Below are positions 19,104 through 29,224 of a DNA stretch of 64,000 bases, piece after piece. The DNA is from Tepidisphaera sp. (lineage in GTDB: Bacteria > Planctomycetota > Phycisphaerae > Phycisphaerales > UBA1924). The position numbers were made by a program, and so were the translations under genes. The notes under the pieces were generated by a model that saw only the letters and a list, made by a program, of their open reading frames with translations, ran no database searches and was not told the origin of the DNA. The first letter of the stretch is position 1; each line of letters begins with the position of its first letter. The stretch covers positions 3,776,001-3,840,000 of the forward strand of contig CP051526.1 of assembly GCA_050916045.1 (NCBI GenBank), given 5' to 3'.

Positions 19104-19586
19104 GTGACCGACCCGTTCCAAGTCCTGGGCCTCCCTGCGAAGTTCGACCTTACTCCGGCTTCGATCGAGCGCGCGTACCTGACACGGATCGCGTTGCTCC
19201 ATCCGGACCTTGGCGAGGCCGATGAGAGAGCGGCGGCGGCGCTCAACGATGCGAAAGCCGAGCTTCTGGATGAGGAGCGACGCGCCGAGGCGCTGCTCGC
19301 CAAGCTCAAGGGTCCGGGCAAATCCGAGGACAAATCGCTCCCCCCGGGCTTCCTGATGGAGATGATGGAGATCCGGGAAACGCTCGAAAGCGACCTTCAG
19401 AGCAGCCCCTCTGAGGCCCGGGTGCGGTGGTCCGCGTGGGTGGCGGACCGCAAAGCCGAGCACCGGGCCGCTCTGACGACCATGTTCGCCGCGACCCCGC
19501 CGCCCCTGAGCGAGATCCGGAAGACCTTGAACCAGTGGCGGTACGTCGAGCGTCTGGCGGAAGAACTGGTCGAGAAAGCGGAATGA
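19104..19586 (+). CDS. HscB-like J-domain co-chaperone
   Basis: DPFQVLGLP..YLTRIALLHPDL, LNDA..LLDEERRAE..L, PPGFLMEMMEIRE. Confidence 0.75.
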   Translation: MTDPFQVLGLPAKFDLTPASIERAYLTRIALLHPDLGEADERAAAALNDAKAELLDEERRAEALLAKLKGPGKSEDKSLPPGFLMEMMEIRETLESDLQSSPSEARVRWSAWVADRKAEHRAALTTMFAATPPPLSEIRKTLNQWRYVERLAEELVEKAE

Positions 19587-19731
19587 CCTGAGGGTGCGCA
19601 CGGGCTTGGTGTTTGTGTTTTGATTGGATCCGGCCGAATTTTCGGACCCAGGCGCGGGCTTTGTCCGTATTCCTGTCGGCTTGGCGAGCGGACCGATATC
19701 GGCGGTGTGTGGGGCAAACGGAGGTCAGACC

Positions 19732-20805
19732 ATGGCACGGAATCTGGTTCAGTCGGCGGCGGGTTTGGGCGCGGTGTGCTTGATCGCGGGATCGGGCTTG
19801 GCCCAGGTGATTCCGCTCACGAATGCGGGGTTCGAAGCCCAGACCATCGGGGAGAACGGGTTTGTCTGGGGCGCGACGAGCTGGGTTCGACAGGGTGCGG
19901 CCGGCGTGTTCAACCCGACCGCCTCGGCGTATGCGACGCAAGCTCCCGAGGGTGACAACGTGGCGTTCCTCACGTGCTGCACGGGACCGTTCCCGAGCAG
20001 CGGCAACCTGAGCCAGACGCTTGCGACGGTGTACACGGCGGACACGATGTACACGCTCGCGACGCAGAGCGGAACGCGGCTTGACGATCCGCTTTCGATC
20101 CTTCAGTACCGGTTCGTCGGCTCGTGGGGGAGCACGGTGCTTGGCGTCAAGTCGTTCACGACGATGCCGACTCGCGGCACGTTCCGGACGGACGAACTGA
20201 CGTGGGATGTATTCGCCGGCGATGCGGCGGTCGGGCGGCCGATCACGATCCGGCTGCAGCACGTCGCTGGCCCCGGGCAGATCAACATCGACGATGTGAC
20301 GCTGACGGGCACGCCGATCTGCGTGCGCATTCGCGAGCAGCCGGCGGACGCCCAAGCATGCCCGGGCCTGATCGCGCAGCTCTCGGCCCGCGTGGGCGGG
20401 ACGGGGCCGTTCACGTTCACGTGGGAATATGAGAGCGCGACCAACGTGTGGACGGCGCTGACGAACGGGGGCGCGGGTCCGAGCGGCGGATCCTCCGTGA
20501 TCTTTCAGACCTCCGGCGGAGGTCTGATCTCGACCCTCAAGATCGTTGGGTTCGGTCCCGGCGATGTGAAGAACTACCGATTGAACGTCACTACGACGTG
20601 CGGCGACAGCGAGATTTCGGACCCGGCGACATTCGAGTACTGCGCGGTGGACTACGCGTGCGACGGGTTCATCGATTTCAACGACCTGATCGCGTACGTG
20701 GTCGCTTTCGAAGCGGGCTCGCCGGGAGCGGACTTTGACGGCAACGGGTTCGTCGACTTCTTCGACCTGTCGGACTTCTTCGACGCGTTTGATGAGGGGT
20801 GCTGA
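19732..20805 (+). CDS. Secreted protein with Ig-like domain and C-terminal GC-type dockerin-like domain
   Basis: Signal peptide ending LAQ; IREQPAD..FTWE..YRLNVT Ig motif; paired DYACDGFIDFND / ADFDGNGFVDFFD; ends EGC. Confidence 0.8.
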   Translation: MARNLVQSAAGLGAVCLIAGSGLAQVIPLTNAGFEAQTIGENGFVWGATSWVRQGAAGVFNPTASAYATQAPEGDNVAFLTCCTGPFPSSGNLSQTLATVYTADTMYTLATQSGTRLDDPLSILQYRFVGSWGSTVLGVKSFTTMPTRGTFRTDELTWDVFAGDAAVGRPITIRLQHVAGPGQINIDDVTLTGTPICVRIREQPADAQACPGLIAQLSARVGGTGPFTFTWEYESATNVWTALTNGGAGPSGGSSVIFQTSGGGLISTLKIVGFGPGDVKNYRLNVTTTCGDSEISDPATFEYCAVDYACDGFIDFNDLIAYVVAFEAGSPGADFDGNGFVDFFDLSDFFDAFDEGC

Positions 20806-20811
20806 AGGCCG

Positions 20812-21930
20812 TCAACGAGCGGCAGACATCAGCAAACCGAGCAAGGTGCGACCCGGATCGGGATCGTGGAGGGATTCCGCGCGGGCGCGGGCGGCTGAAG
20901 CGAGCTGGGGCCAGCGGCCCTTCGCGGTCCAGGCTCGATCCAGCGCGGCGGCGATTCCGGCGACGGTCGGGGGCGCAAGGAAGCCGTGCTCACCGTCGGT
21001 GACCCAGTCCGCGCAGCCGCCGACATCCGTGACGAGGCAGGGCCGCGCGAGAAGCATGGCTTCCACCATCGCGAGCGGTGTTCCTTCGGCCCGCGAGGGT
21101 AGAACGAGCATGTGGTGATCTCGCCAGACCGCTCGCACATCGCTGGTCTGGCCCTTGAAGTGAACCCGGGCGGCGAGGCCGAGCCGGGAAGTCTGGTCCA
21201 TCAGCCGCTTCTCATCCTGACCGACTCCAAAGAGCGAGAGCGTCCAGGCATCATCGCGCCACGCACGCGTCGCGAGGGCTTCCAGGAGCATGTCCTGACC
21301 CTTGGCGTCGATGTGGAGGCGAGCGAGGGTGGCGAAGCGGAAGGGCTCGGGCGAAGCGGGCGGCGGAAGGGGCGAGGTGTCGGTGAGATTCACCGGGTTT
21401 CGGACGACGCGGGCTCGCGGGATGGGCATACCGAGCGTTAAAGCGGCTTCGTCGATGTTGCGAGCGGCGACGAAGGCGTTGCAGGAGGCGAGGGAGTAGA
21501 GCCGGCGGCACGAACGAAGCATGGGGCCACGCAAGCTTGTCTTGGGCTCGTTGAACTGGACGACGTTGATGAAGGGGCTTTGCGTGCGTTCGAGAAGCTC
21601 GAAGAACGGACGGGTGGAACGGCGGCCGACGCACTCGTACGCGGAGCCTTGCGAGAGGCAGATGGCTTCGGGCCCGAAGGCGAGAATCTGGTCGAGCCAC
21701 GGGCGGCGACGGAGAAACTCGCCGAGGCGGGAAGGGCGGCGCGGGCGCTGGATCATGGTCGCGCCGCGCTCACGGAGTGGAGCAAGCTGCGGAACCTCCG
21801 AGCCGTGGTCAAAGACGCTGACGGCGACGGTGTGGCCGGCGTCCAGCGCGGCGAGAGCGGCGCGGTGCCAGAGTTCCTCGCTCCCGCCCCAGGGGGACCC
21901 GCCCATGCTTGAGAAGAAGAGGAGCTTCAT
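20812..21930 (-). CDS. Glycosyltransferase family 4 (GT-B)
   Basis: MKLLFF..WGGSE, KGQD, LPSRAEGTPLAMVEAM, TDVGG; ATG 21930 overlaps the upstream stop. Confidence 0.9.
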   Translation of the reverse strand: MKLLFFSSMGGSPWGGSEELWHRAALAALDAGHTVAVSVFDHGSEVPQLAPLRERGATMIQRPRRPSRLGEFLRRRPWLDQILAFGPEAICLSQGSAYECVGRRSTRPFFELLERTQSPFINVVQFNEPKTSLRGPMLRSCRRLYSLASCNAFVAARNIDEAALTLGMPIPRARVVRNPVNLTDTSPLPPPASPEPFRFATLARLHIDAKGQDMLLEALATRAWRDDAWTLSLFGVGQDEKRLMDQTSRLGLAARVHFKGQTSDVRAVWRDHHMLVLPSRAEGTPLAMVEAMLLARPCLVTDVGGCADWVTDGEHGFLAPPTVAGIAAALDRAWTAKGRWPQLASAARARAESLHDPDPGRTLLGLLMSAAR

Positions 21931-22700
21931 CGTGAGCGTTCGAGGACGATGAGGTTGGAGAGATAGAGCTTGGTCTGGGGCCTCACGAGCGAGCGGGCGA
22001 ATCGCTGCTTGCAGAACCAGACCCACGCGGCTTTCTTGATCTGAAGCGTGAGGACGGCGAGGTGGGCGAGCGGGTTCCAGGAGCCGCCAGGGGCGCGGAG
22101 CTTGGTGGCGGCCATCGCGGTGCCGAGGACGTCCAGGCCGTCGCCGATCTGCTTGTGGTCGATGACGGTGAAGCCGAAGCGTGCGGCGAAGTAGCGAAGG
22201 GCGTGCGGCGTCGCTCGCCAGAAGTCGTACGGCTCTTCGTGCAGGGGATAGAAGTGCGGGCAGGTGATGAGGAGGCGACCGCCAGGCGCGAGCAAGCGGC
22301 TGAAGTTCGCGAACGCGGCGGGCCAGTCGGCGACGTGCTCCATCACCTCGGTGCAGAGGATGAAGTCGAACGGGCTTTCGGCGAGCAGAGCGGCGGGAAG
22401 GTCGGCGTCGATGGGGCAGACGTGGTTGACGGTGTTGTCGATGTTCTGCTGCGTGTCGAGGCCGACGTAGTGGAAACCGCGGGATTCGAGGGTGCGACGG
22501 AAGGGCTGACGGCCGCAGCCGACGTCGAGGGCTTTGCCGGAGGCTTGGAGCGGCTGGGCGTGGGCGTTGATCGCGGCGGGGATCGCGTGGGCGAGCCGCG
22601 TGACGATGAACCATTCCTGCCGGGCGCGGGGCTCGTAGGTGGGGCGCTCGTCGAGGTGGGGGCGGGCGCCGAGAGCACGTGATTCAGCGGATTCGCTCAC
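21927..22700 (-). CDS. Class I SAM-dependent methyltransferase
   Basis: ALDVGCG, FDFILCTEVMEHV, LAPGGRLLITCP, HEEPYDFWR. Confidence 0.9.
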   Translation of the reverse strand: MSESAESRALGARPHLDERPTYEPRARQEWFIVTRLAHAIPAAINAHAQPLQASGKALDVGCGRQPFRRTLESRGFHYVGLDTQQNIDNTVNHVCPIDADLPAALLAESPFDFILCTEVMEHVADWPAAFANFSRLLAPGGRLLITCPHFYPLHEEPYDFWRATPHALRYFAARFGFTVIDHKQIGDGLDVLGTAMAATKLRAPGGSWNPLAHLAVLTLQIKKAAWVWFCKQRFARSLVRPQTKLYLSNLIVLERSR

Positions 22701-23371
22701 GGCTTGATGAAGTAGTGGCTGGTGCGGTCGATGGGAATGAGGTCGACTTTGAGGTTTCTCGCGGCGAGGAAAGCGTCGACGGCTTTGCGGCAGCCGGACC
22801 AGTGTCCGTAGTCGTCGAAGACGACGGTGCCGCCGGGGTTCACGGCGTCGTAGAACTTGTCAACGACCATCTTGACGGGGTCGTGCCAGTCGCAATCGAC
22901 GTGGAGGAAGGAGAGGCCGCCGGCGGGAATCGCAAAGCCGGGGAGGGTGGCTTCGAAGAGGCCTTGGTGGATGTGCAGGTTGTCGCGGACCAGGGGGACC
23001 TTGGCGGCGTGGAAGGTCTGGCGGACGATCTCGGGGCTTGCGACGAACTTGCCGACGTCGTCCCAGGCTTCCTTGGGGTCGTGGTCGCCGGGCTTGGGCA
23101 TGCCGGTGAAGACGTCGAAGAGGTGAGCGTGGAGCTGTGGGTTGGTGCGGACGAGGCGTTCGGCGATGACGGCCGCGGAGCCGCCACGGAACGTGCCGCA
23201 CTCGACGAACGCGCCGGGGATCTTGCGGGCGGCGGCGGCGTCGGCGACCGCTCGCAGGCCGATGAGACGGCGCGGCGTGGCCAGGCTGTTCGCGAGGGCG
23301 ACCTTGACGGTGCTGAGACGCGGATCGATGGCGACGCGGAAGGAGCGGAGGGCCTTGGAGAGGACGGACAT
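22697..23371 (-). CDS. TylF/MycF/NovP family O-methyltransferase
   Basis: PGAFVECGTFRGGS, FDVFTGMP, GLFEATLP, LHVDCDW, FDDYGHWSGCRKAVD. Confidence 0.9.
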   Translation of the reverse strand: MSVLSKALRSFRVAIDPRLSTVKVALANSLATPRRLIGLRAVADAAAARKIPGAFVECGTFRGGSAAVIAERLVRTNPQLHAHLFDVFTGMPKPGDHDPKEAWDDVGKFVASPEIVRQTFHAAKVPLVRDNLHIHQGLFEATLPGFAIPAGGLSFLHVDCDWHDPVKMVVDKFYDAVNPGGTVVFDDYGHWSGCRKAVDAFLAARNLKVDLIPIDRTSHYFIKP

Positions 23372-23426
23372 GCTTTAGGTTAGGGACGGCGGAGGATGGA
23401 CGGAACGGCCGCGGCGGCGGAACGGC

Positions 23427-23966
23427 TCAGCGGGCGGGCACGCCGCGGACGACGGCTCCGGCGGGGACATCGCGCGAGACGACCGAGCCGGCGGCGATCA
23501 CGGCGAAATCGCCGATGGTGACGCCGGGGAGGATGACCGAGCGGCCGCCGATCCAGACGCGGTTGCCGACGGTGATGGGCCTCGCGAGTTCGAGGCCGGA
23601 CGCTCGCGTTTCGTGGTCCATCGGGTGTGTCGCGGTGTAGAGATGGACGCCCGGGGCGAGCATCACCTCATCGCCGATCGTGATGGGGGCGCAGTCGAGA
23701 AAGACGCAGTCGAAGTTGGCGTAGAACTTCCGCCCGACGCGGATGTTGAACCCGTAGTCGCAGCGGAAGGTGGGCTCGATGAAGGAGCCCTCCCCCACCG
23801 CTCCGAAGAGATCGGTGAGCAGAGCGAAACGGCCGGCGAGGTCCTCATCGTCGGACTGGTTGAACCGGCGGACGAGCTTGCGAGCGGCGAAGCGGGCGGC
23901 GACCAGCTCGGGGTCGTCCGCGCGGTAGAGGTCGCCGGCGATCATTTTCTGGCGTTCGGTGGGCAT
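23427..23966 (-). CDS. maa: Maltose/sugar O-acetyltransferase
   Basis: [21 protein letters not shown], hexapeptide repeats, [13 protein letters not shown]. Confidence 0.9.
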   Translation of the reverse strand: MPTERQKMIAGDLYRADDPELVAARFAARKLVRRFNQSDDEDLAGRFALLTDLFGAVGEGSFIEPTFRCDYGFNIRVGRKFYANFDCVFLDCAPITIGDEVMLAPGVHLYTATHPMDHETRASGLELARPITVGNRVWIGGRSVILPGVTIGDFAVIAAGSVVSRDVPAGAVVRGVPAR

Positions 23967-23997
23967 GGACGGAACGTAGGCTGATGACGGCCCAGCC

Positions 23998-25182
23998 CTA
24001 GAAGTTGTCGATGAACTCGATGAGATCGAAGAAGTCGGTCATGCCGTCCTTGTTGAGGTCGGCGGAGGAGACCGGCAGAGAACTCCGGCCCTCGAAGCAG
24101 TCGAGGAAGTCCATCATGTCGGTGAAGTCGACGAAGTTGTTGACGTTGAAATCCGACAAACTCGGGGGCGGGAGGATCGCGACCCAGTGGGGGTGGATGC
24201 CTCCGGAGCCGAGGATCACATTGCCGTCGTCCGACACGTCGAAAGCCCGCTGGAAGTCGGAATTGGCATACGTCGAGCCGTAGAGCGCGAGATAGTCGCC
24301 GAGCAGGATCGTTTCGAGACCGAGTGTTCGCACGAACGCCACGCTCGCGCCCGAGGGATCCAGCGGGCGTGCGCGTCCCACCAGAACGCGGCCATCAGCG
24401 TTCGCCCCGAAGAGCGTGAGGTCGTACCCATCGAAGAGCGGAATGGCCGAAGCGCCGGTGTCCGGATTCCACGTGAAGGCCTGCCCTGAGCCCGGCGTGG
24501 GAATGAACGCCTGTCCGAAGATCGCATCACCGTTGGCGGTGAGACACAGATTGAAAGCGGACGTCAGTCCCGAGGGCAGCGGAACCACGAACGAGCCCTG
24601 TTGGGCGTTCCACGCGAAGGGCGCCGCTCCGTCCATCACTCCGACCATGTTCTGGCCGTCTGAAGAGACTTCCGCCATGAAGATGGTGTCCAAGCCGTTC
24701 GGCCCGTTCACCACGACAACTCCCGACGATTGCGTCCAGTACGCGGCGTTGCGTCCGCCGCCTCTGACATCCCCTACGATCGTCTGACCGTCATTGCTGA
24801 CCGCCGAGACAGAAAGCAATCTCGCTCCGGTGGCATCTTGAAGCAGCGAAGCCGTCCCGGTCGAGCGATCCCAGCGGAACCCGGATTGCTGCGGCGACGC
24901 CGAAGCGACCCCACCGACGATCGATCCGTCGTACGAGATGCCGCTTCCGGTCGAACCGAAGGCCACGACGGGGCTCGTGCAGACTTCGATGCCTTCGTCG
25001 ATCACCCACACCATGGTCTTCTGGCTTGCATATCCGACGACGACCCGTCCGTCGCCGCTGATGGCCCGGGGAATCATTTGGCCGTAGGAGGGGTGGGACG
25101 GGACCGGCAAGACGCGTACCTGGGCGTGAGCGGTACCGGCGGCGAGAAGGAAAGCGGCCGACGACAGGGCGAAATGACGCAC
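23998..25182 (-). CDS. Secreted HAF-like repeat (beta-propeller) protein with C-terminal dockerin-like domain
   Basis: Signal peptide ending AHAQ; repeats [41 protein letters not shown]; tail [26 protein letters not shown]. Confidence 0.75.
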   Translation of the reverse strand: MRHFALSSAAFLLAAGTAHAQVRVLPVPSHPSYGQMIPRAISGDGRVVVGYASQKTMVWVIDEGIEVCTSPVVAFGSTGSGISYDGSIVGGVASASPQQSGFRWDRSTGTASLLQDATGARLLSVSAVSNDGQTIVGDVRGGGRNAAYWTQSSGVVVVNGPNGLDTIFMAEVSSDGQNMVGVMDGAAPFAWNAQQGSFVVPLPSGLTSAFNLCLTANGDAIFGQAFIPTPGSGQAFTWNPDTGASAIPLFDGYDLTLFGANADGRVLVGRARPLDPSGASVAFVRTLGLETILLGDYLALYGSTYANSDFQRAFDVSDDGNVILGSGGIHPHWVAILPPPSLSDFNVNNFVDFTDMMDFLDCFEGRSSLPVSSADLNKDGMTDFFDLIEFIDNF

Positions 25183-25530
25183 ATGAACCCCCTTTGGGCA
25201 AACTGTTCGACCACGTTGTGAATGGAACCCACCACGTTGCACGTACACGCCACCATCCGCGTCACCATCCGCGCCACGACGCGCGCCGCAACAACGTACC
25301 CCGCTCGCGGCTTCCGGAATCGCGGGTACCTCCCATACGCCGACCTCTTTCCGCCAGTTCCGTCAAGCCTGCAATAAAAGACCAGTCCCGACCGCACAAC
25401 GAACACGCGGCGTGCATATGATTTCCGCGACCCGCCACCCCCGGGTCCACCACAATCCATTCAGAGCCAGGGGGGCTTGGCTATTCGTCCCGCACGGCGT
25501 CCACCGCTCGTGCTTAGGAGTGATTGAACC

Positions 25531-26682
25531 ATGGCAACCCCGAAGAACACCTGGACCAAGGAAGAGCTTCTCTCCCGCCCGATCGAGCACATCGACGTCA
25601 CCAAGTTTGACGCTCGCCCGATCGTCAAGAGCTACCGCGACATGGCGTACACGAGCCGCACGCTCGCGAACGCGGCGGACATCTACTCGATGATGCTCAA
25701 GGACAAGGAGTGCGCGGTGATCCTGACCCTCGCCGGGTCGCTCATCTCCGCGGGCCTCAAGAAAGCCATCGTCACGATGCTCGAGAACAATATGATCGAT
25801 GCGATCGTGTCGACCGGCGCGAACATCGTCGACCAGGACTTCTTCGAGGGCCTGGGCTTCAAGCACTACATCGCCCCCGGCAGCCCGGAAGCCCCGCCCG
25901 TGGACGACATGACGCTCCGCAACTGGATGATCGACCGGATCTACGACACCTACATCGATGAGGATGACCTCCGCGCGTGCGACGCCAAGACGCACGAGAT
26001 CTTCAACGCTTTCGAGCCCGGGGCGTACAGCAGCCGCGAGTTCATCCACGCGATGGGCAGCTATCTCGCTCGCCACCACGCGAAGAACGAGTCGATCGTC
26101 AAGACCGCGTACCTCAAGAAGGTGCCCATCTTCGTCCCGGCGTTCTCCGACTGCTCGGCCGGGTTCGGCATCGTCCTTCAGCAGACCGAAGCCATCGAGG
26201 AAGGCCGCGGGCAGGTCGCGTTCGACAGCGGCAAGGACTTCCGCGAACTGACCGACATCAAGCTCGCGTGCAAGGACACGGGCTTGCTCATGCTCGGCGG
26301 CGGCGTGCCGAAGAACTTCGCCCAGGACATCGTCGTGGCGGCTGAATTGCTGAACGAGCGCAAGGGCGGGAAGGCCCGCGGCGACATCGGTATGCACAAG
26401 TACGCGATCCAGATGACCGTGGCCGATAGCCGCGACGGGGCGTTGTCGGGTTCGACGCTCCGCGAAGCTTGCTCCTGGGGCAAGGTCGACGTCGTCCACG
26501 AGCAGATGGTCTTCGGCGAGCTTTCGGCTCTGTTCCCGATCCTCGCGAGCGATGCGTACCACCGCGGCGCGTGGAAGGGCCGCAAAGGCTTCAAGTTCGC
26601 CGAGCTCTTCGAGAAGGGCGCGGGCGTGCCCGACTACACCGCGGCGACCAAGAAGCCCGCGAAGGCCAAAGCCAGCCGCTAA
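25531..26682 (+). CDS. Deoxyhypusine synthase-like protein (probable homospermidine/polyamine synthesis)
   Basis: LAGSLISAGL, IVSTGANIVDQD, RIYDTYI, GGGVPKNF, DSRDGALSGSTLREACSWGKV; AGGAG RBS. Confidence 0.9.
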   Translation: MATPKNTWTKEELLSRPIEHIDVTKFDARPIVKSYRDMAYTSRTLANAADIYSMMLKDKECAVILTLAGSLISAGLKKAIVTMLENNMIDAIVSTGANIVDQDFFEGLGFKHYIAPGSPEAPPVDDMTLRNWMIDRIYDTYIDEDDLRACDAKTHEIFNAFEPGAYSSREFIHAMGSYLARHHAKNESIVKTAYLKKVPIFVPAFSDCSAGFGIVLQQTEAIEEGRGQVAFDSGKDFRELTDIKLACKDTGLLMLGGGVPKNFAQDIVVAAELLNERKGGKARGDIGMHKYAIQMTVADSRDGALSGSTLREACSWGKVDVVHEQMVFGELSALFPILASDAYHRGAWKGRKGFKFAELFEKGAGVPDYTAATKKPAKAKASR

Positions 26683-26712
26683 AGCGGCTTAGCCGAGTTC
26701 CTGAGATCAAGC

Positions 26713-26745
26713 AAAGCCCGGCGCGAAGGCGCCGGGCTTTTGTTT
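26713..26745. terminator. Intrinsic terminator (possibly bidirectional)
   Basis: AAAGCCCGGCGC-GAAG-GCGCCGGGCTTT followed by TGTTT. Confidence 0.8.
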
Positions 26746-26758
26746 CTACACTGTGACC

Positions 26759-27196
26759 ATGAAACCGGGAAGTACAACGCCCGCGTGCCGATGCGGGTAC
26801 GACCTCGCGGGCCTTGACGGTCCGCCGTGGGTGTGTCCGGAGTGCAACCGAAAGAACTGGCCGCTTCCGGAGTGGGTGAGGCGCGAGCGACGGATCGGGC
26901 TTTCACCGCTTGAGAAGCATTTGTTCTGGAAGAGCGTGTGGGTGATGGTGGCCGGCGCGGCGGTCGGCCCCTGGCTTCCGTTTCCGCTGATGGTCGTGTG
27001 CTTTTCGGCGGCCGTGCTGGGGGTGCTGGTGATGTCGGCCACGTGGAGCTTGTGGCTTGTCAAGGGCGACAAGGGGTGGGCGAAGGCGGCTGCGCTGCCG
27101 ATGTTCGGGATGTGCGTTGTGGTGTCGGGGTGTGTCGCGTTCGCGATCGGCGCGGGTTCGTCGGTGCTTGCGATCGCTCTATGGGGGCCCCGCTAG
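26759..27196 (+). CDS. Membrane protein with N-terminal zinc ribbon
   Basis: CRCGYDLAGL...CPEC, then three hydrophobic segments; TACACT 6 nt before ATG 26759. Confidence 0.65.
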   Translation: MKPGSTTPACRCGYDLAGLDGPPWVCPECNRKNWPLPEWVRRERRIGLSPLEKHLFWKSVWVMVAGAAVGPWLPFPLMVVCFSAAVLGVLVMSATWSLWLVKGDKGWAKAAALPMFGMCVVVSGCVAFAIGAGSSVLAIALWGPR

Positions 27197-29217
27197 CTTC
27201 GTTGGCGGAGCACCGCCCGCACCGGGCTCGCGTCCGCGTCCTTGAGCTTGAGCGGCTGGGCGAGCAGTTCGTACTCGCCGGGCTCGACGTTCGCGAGGGC
27301 CAAGCCTTCCAGGATGGCGATCTTGTGCTTGAGGATCGCGCGGTGGGCCGGGAGGTCCTTGGAATCCTGCAAATCGACGCTCGGCGTGTCGACCCCGATC
27401 GTGATGACGCCCTTGGATGCGAGGGCTTCGACGAGTTCGACGGAGATAGCCGCGAAGTCAGCGTTCCACTTCGTGAAATCAGGGAAGGTGCCGGTCTTGA
27501 GCAGGACGCGCGACGTGCGGACCGACTCCAAGCCCTTGACGTCGGCGGGGGTTATCCGCTTGCCACGCACGGAGCCGGAAACCTGGAGCACGGTGCACGG
27601 GCCGATGTAGTGTTCGAGCGGCATGGCTTCGATGCCGACGCCGCCCTCGGACGCTTTGCCGTAGTGGTTGGAGCCGTCGGCGTGGCTTCCGAGGTGAACC
27701 GTCGTGCGGATGGCGCTGAGGGTGATGTTCGCGCCCTTCTCGGTGTCGAGCAGGATCTCGCGGGTGTACGGCGTATCGCCGGGCCAGACGTTGGTGGCGG
27801 GCGAGATTTCCGGGGAGATGTCGATGAGCTGGCCGCCGGCAGCCGGACCGGTCGCGCTGGCCGCATCGAGCACGGCTTTCTTCCATTCCGGCGTGCTCGG
27901 GTCGCGCGAGCCCATCGGGACGCGGGCGACGACGTGGTCGATGAGCTTCTGAAGCTCATCGCCGCGGCGTTTGGCTTCGGTGTACGGCACGGTTGAGAAG
28001 GAGACGAGGTTGTACTGCGGCTGGCAACGGTCGGGGAACGCGGCGTGGAGCGTTTGCTCGATCTTCTTGCGGTAGAGGAACTCGGGGCGGCCGACCTTGT
28101 CGCGCATCTCGACGAAGTTGTCGAGAGCCATGTCCGCGATCGCGTCCGCGTTGGGCTTGCGGGCGTGCTGGTACGCGTTGAGAGCATCGCCGATGCTCGC
28201 GTGCTTGCCGAGCTGGCTGACGAGCTCGACGCAGTCCTCGAACCCGCAGTTGATCCCCTGTCCGTAGAAGGGCACGATCGCGTGGGCCGCATCGCCGACG
28301 AGCACGACGTTTCCCCGCACCCACGGCCAACAGCGGACCGTCACGAGCGAACCGATCGGGTTGGCTTGGAAGTCGTGGACGAGCGTCGGCATCATCGCCG
28401 TCGCGTCGGGGTACTGGGCTTGGAAGAACCGCGTGATGTCGCCCGCGGTCTTGAGGTTCGCGAAGGAGTGCTCACCCTCGTACGGCCAGAAAAGCGTGCA
28501 GGTGAAGGACCCGTCTCGGTTTGGCAGAGCGATCATCATCGACCCGCCGCGCGGCCAGATGTGGAGCGCGGCGGGATCCATCATGAACGGGCCCGCCATC
28601 CCGCCGGTATGCCCATCCTCGCGCGGGGGGATGTGAAGCTCCTTGTACCCGTGGCCGAGGTACGTCTGCGAGTACTCGAAGCGGTCTGTCTTCTGCATCG
28701 CTCCACGCACGGCGGAGAACGCTCCGTCCGCACCGACGATGAGGTCGGCGGAAGCGGTGACCCGCGTGCCGTCGGGCTTCTGGAACGTCGCGGCCGTGCT
28801 CGCGAAGTCGATGTCGAGGCACATGTGGTCAAAGTGCATCGTGACGCCGGGGTGTTCACCCGCGGCGATCATGAGCGTGAGATTGAGCCCGCCGCGCGAG
28901 ACGGAGTTGATCGCGTCCTTGGGGTCGTGGCTATACGGCTGAAAGACGATCGAGCCGGAAACCGGGTGGATCATCCGGCCGGGCATTGGGATGAGGTCGC
29001 GCTCGCGGACCCGCTTGCCCAAGCCCGCCGCATCAAGCCCCGCGAGGCCGCGAGCGGAGAGCGCGAGGTTGATCGACCGGCCACCCTGGTATCCCTTGGC
29101 TCGCGGATCGCCGCGCCGCTCAAAGAGCGACACCCGCCAGCCCGCGTTGGCGAGCATCACGGCGATGAACGCTCCGGCGAGGCCGTTGCCGATGACGATG
29201 GCGTGTGGGGTGTTCAT
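27193..29217 (-). CDS. kmo: Kynurenine 3-monooxygenase fused to a C-terminal cyclase-family kynurenine formamidase (KynB-like)
   Basis: KMO motifs GNGLAG, GRSINLALSARG, GADGAFSAVR, GYKELHIP, LHIWPRG, GDAAHAIVPFYGQGINCGFED; cyclase motifs DISPEI..WPGD, HLGSHAD, GVDTPSVD, ILEGL, DASPVRAVL. Confidence 0.9.
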   Translation of the reverse strand: MNTPHAIVIGNGLAGAFIAVMLANAGWRVSLFERRGDPRAKGYQGGRSINLALSARGLAGLDAAGLGKRVRERDLIPMPGRMIHPVSGSIVFQPYSHDPKDAINSVSRGGLNLTLMIAAGEHPGVTMHFDHMCLDIDFASTAATFQKPDGTRVTASADLIVGADGAFSAVRGAMQKTDRFEYSQTYLGHGYKELHIPPREDGHTGGMAGPFMMDPAALHIWPRGGSMMIALPNRDGSFTCTLFWPYEGEHSFANLKTAGDITRFFQAQYPDATAMMPTLVHDFQANPIGSLVTVRCWPWVRGNVVLVGDAAHAIVPFYGQGINCGFEDCVELVSQLGKHASIGDALNAYQHARKPNADAIADMALDNFVEMRDKVGRPEFLYRKKIEQTLHAAFPDRCQPQYNLVSFSTVPYTEAKRRGDELQKLIDHVVARVPMGSRDPSTPEWKKAVLDAASATGPAAGGQLIDISPEISPATNVWPGDTPYTREILLDTEKGANITLSAIRTTVHLGSHADGSNHYGKASEGGVGIEAMPLEHYIGPCTVLQVSGSVRGKRITPADVKGLESVRTSRVLLKTGTFPDFTKWNADFAAISVELVEALASKGVITIGVDTPSVDLQDSKDLPAHRAILKHKIAILEGLALANVEPGEYELLAQPLKLKDADASPVRAVLRQRS

Positions 29218-29224
29218 AGCTGGA

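Noticed and set aside
9311..19672. Shared TTCGGACC...CCGTATTC words upstream of the genes at 9612 and 19732 as a possible ECF promoter
   Set aside because: Only two instances, with different spacers (19 vs 16 nt); not distinguishable from chance.
25251..25286. Three degenerate 12-nt tandem units (CACCATCCGCGY-like)
   Set aside because: Too short and degenerate to assign a function, and there are no spacers, so it is not CRISPR.
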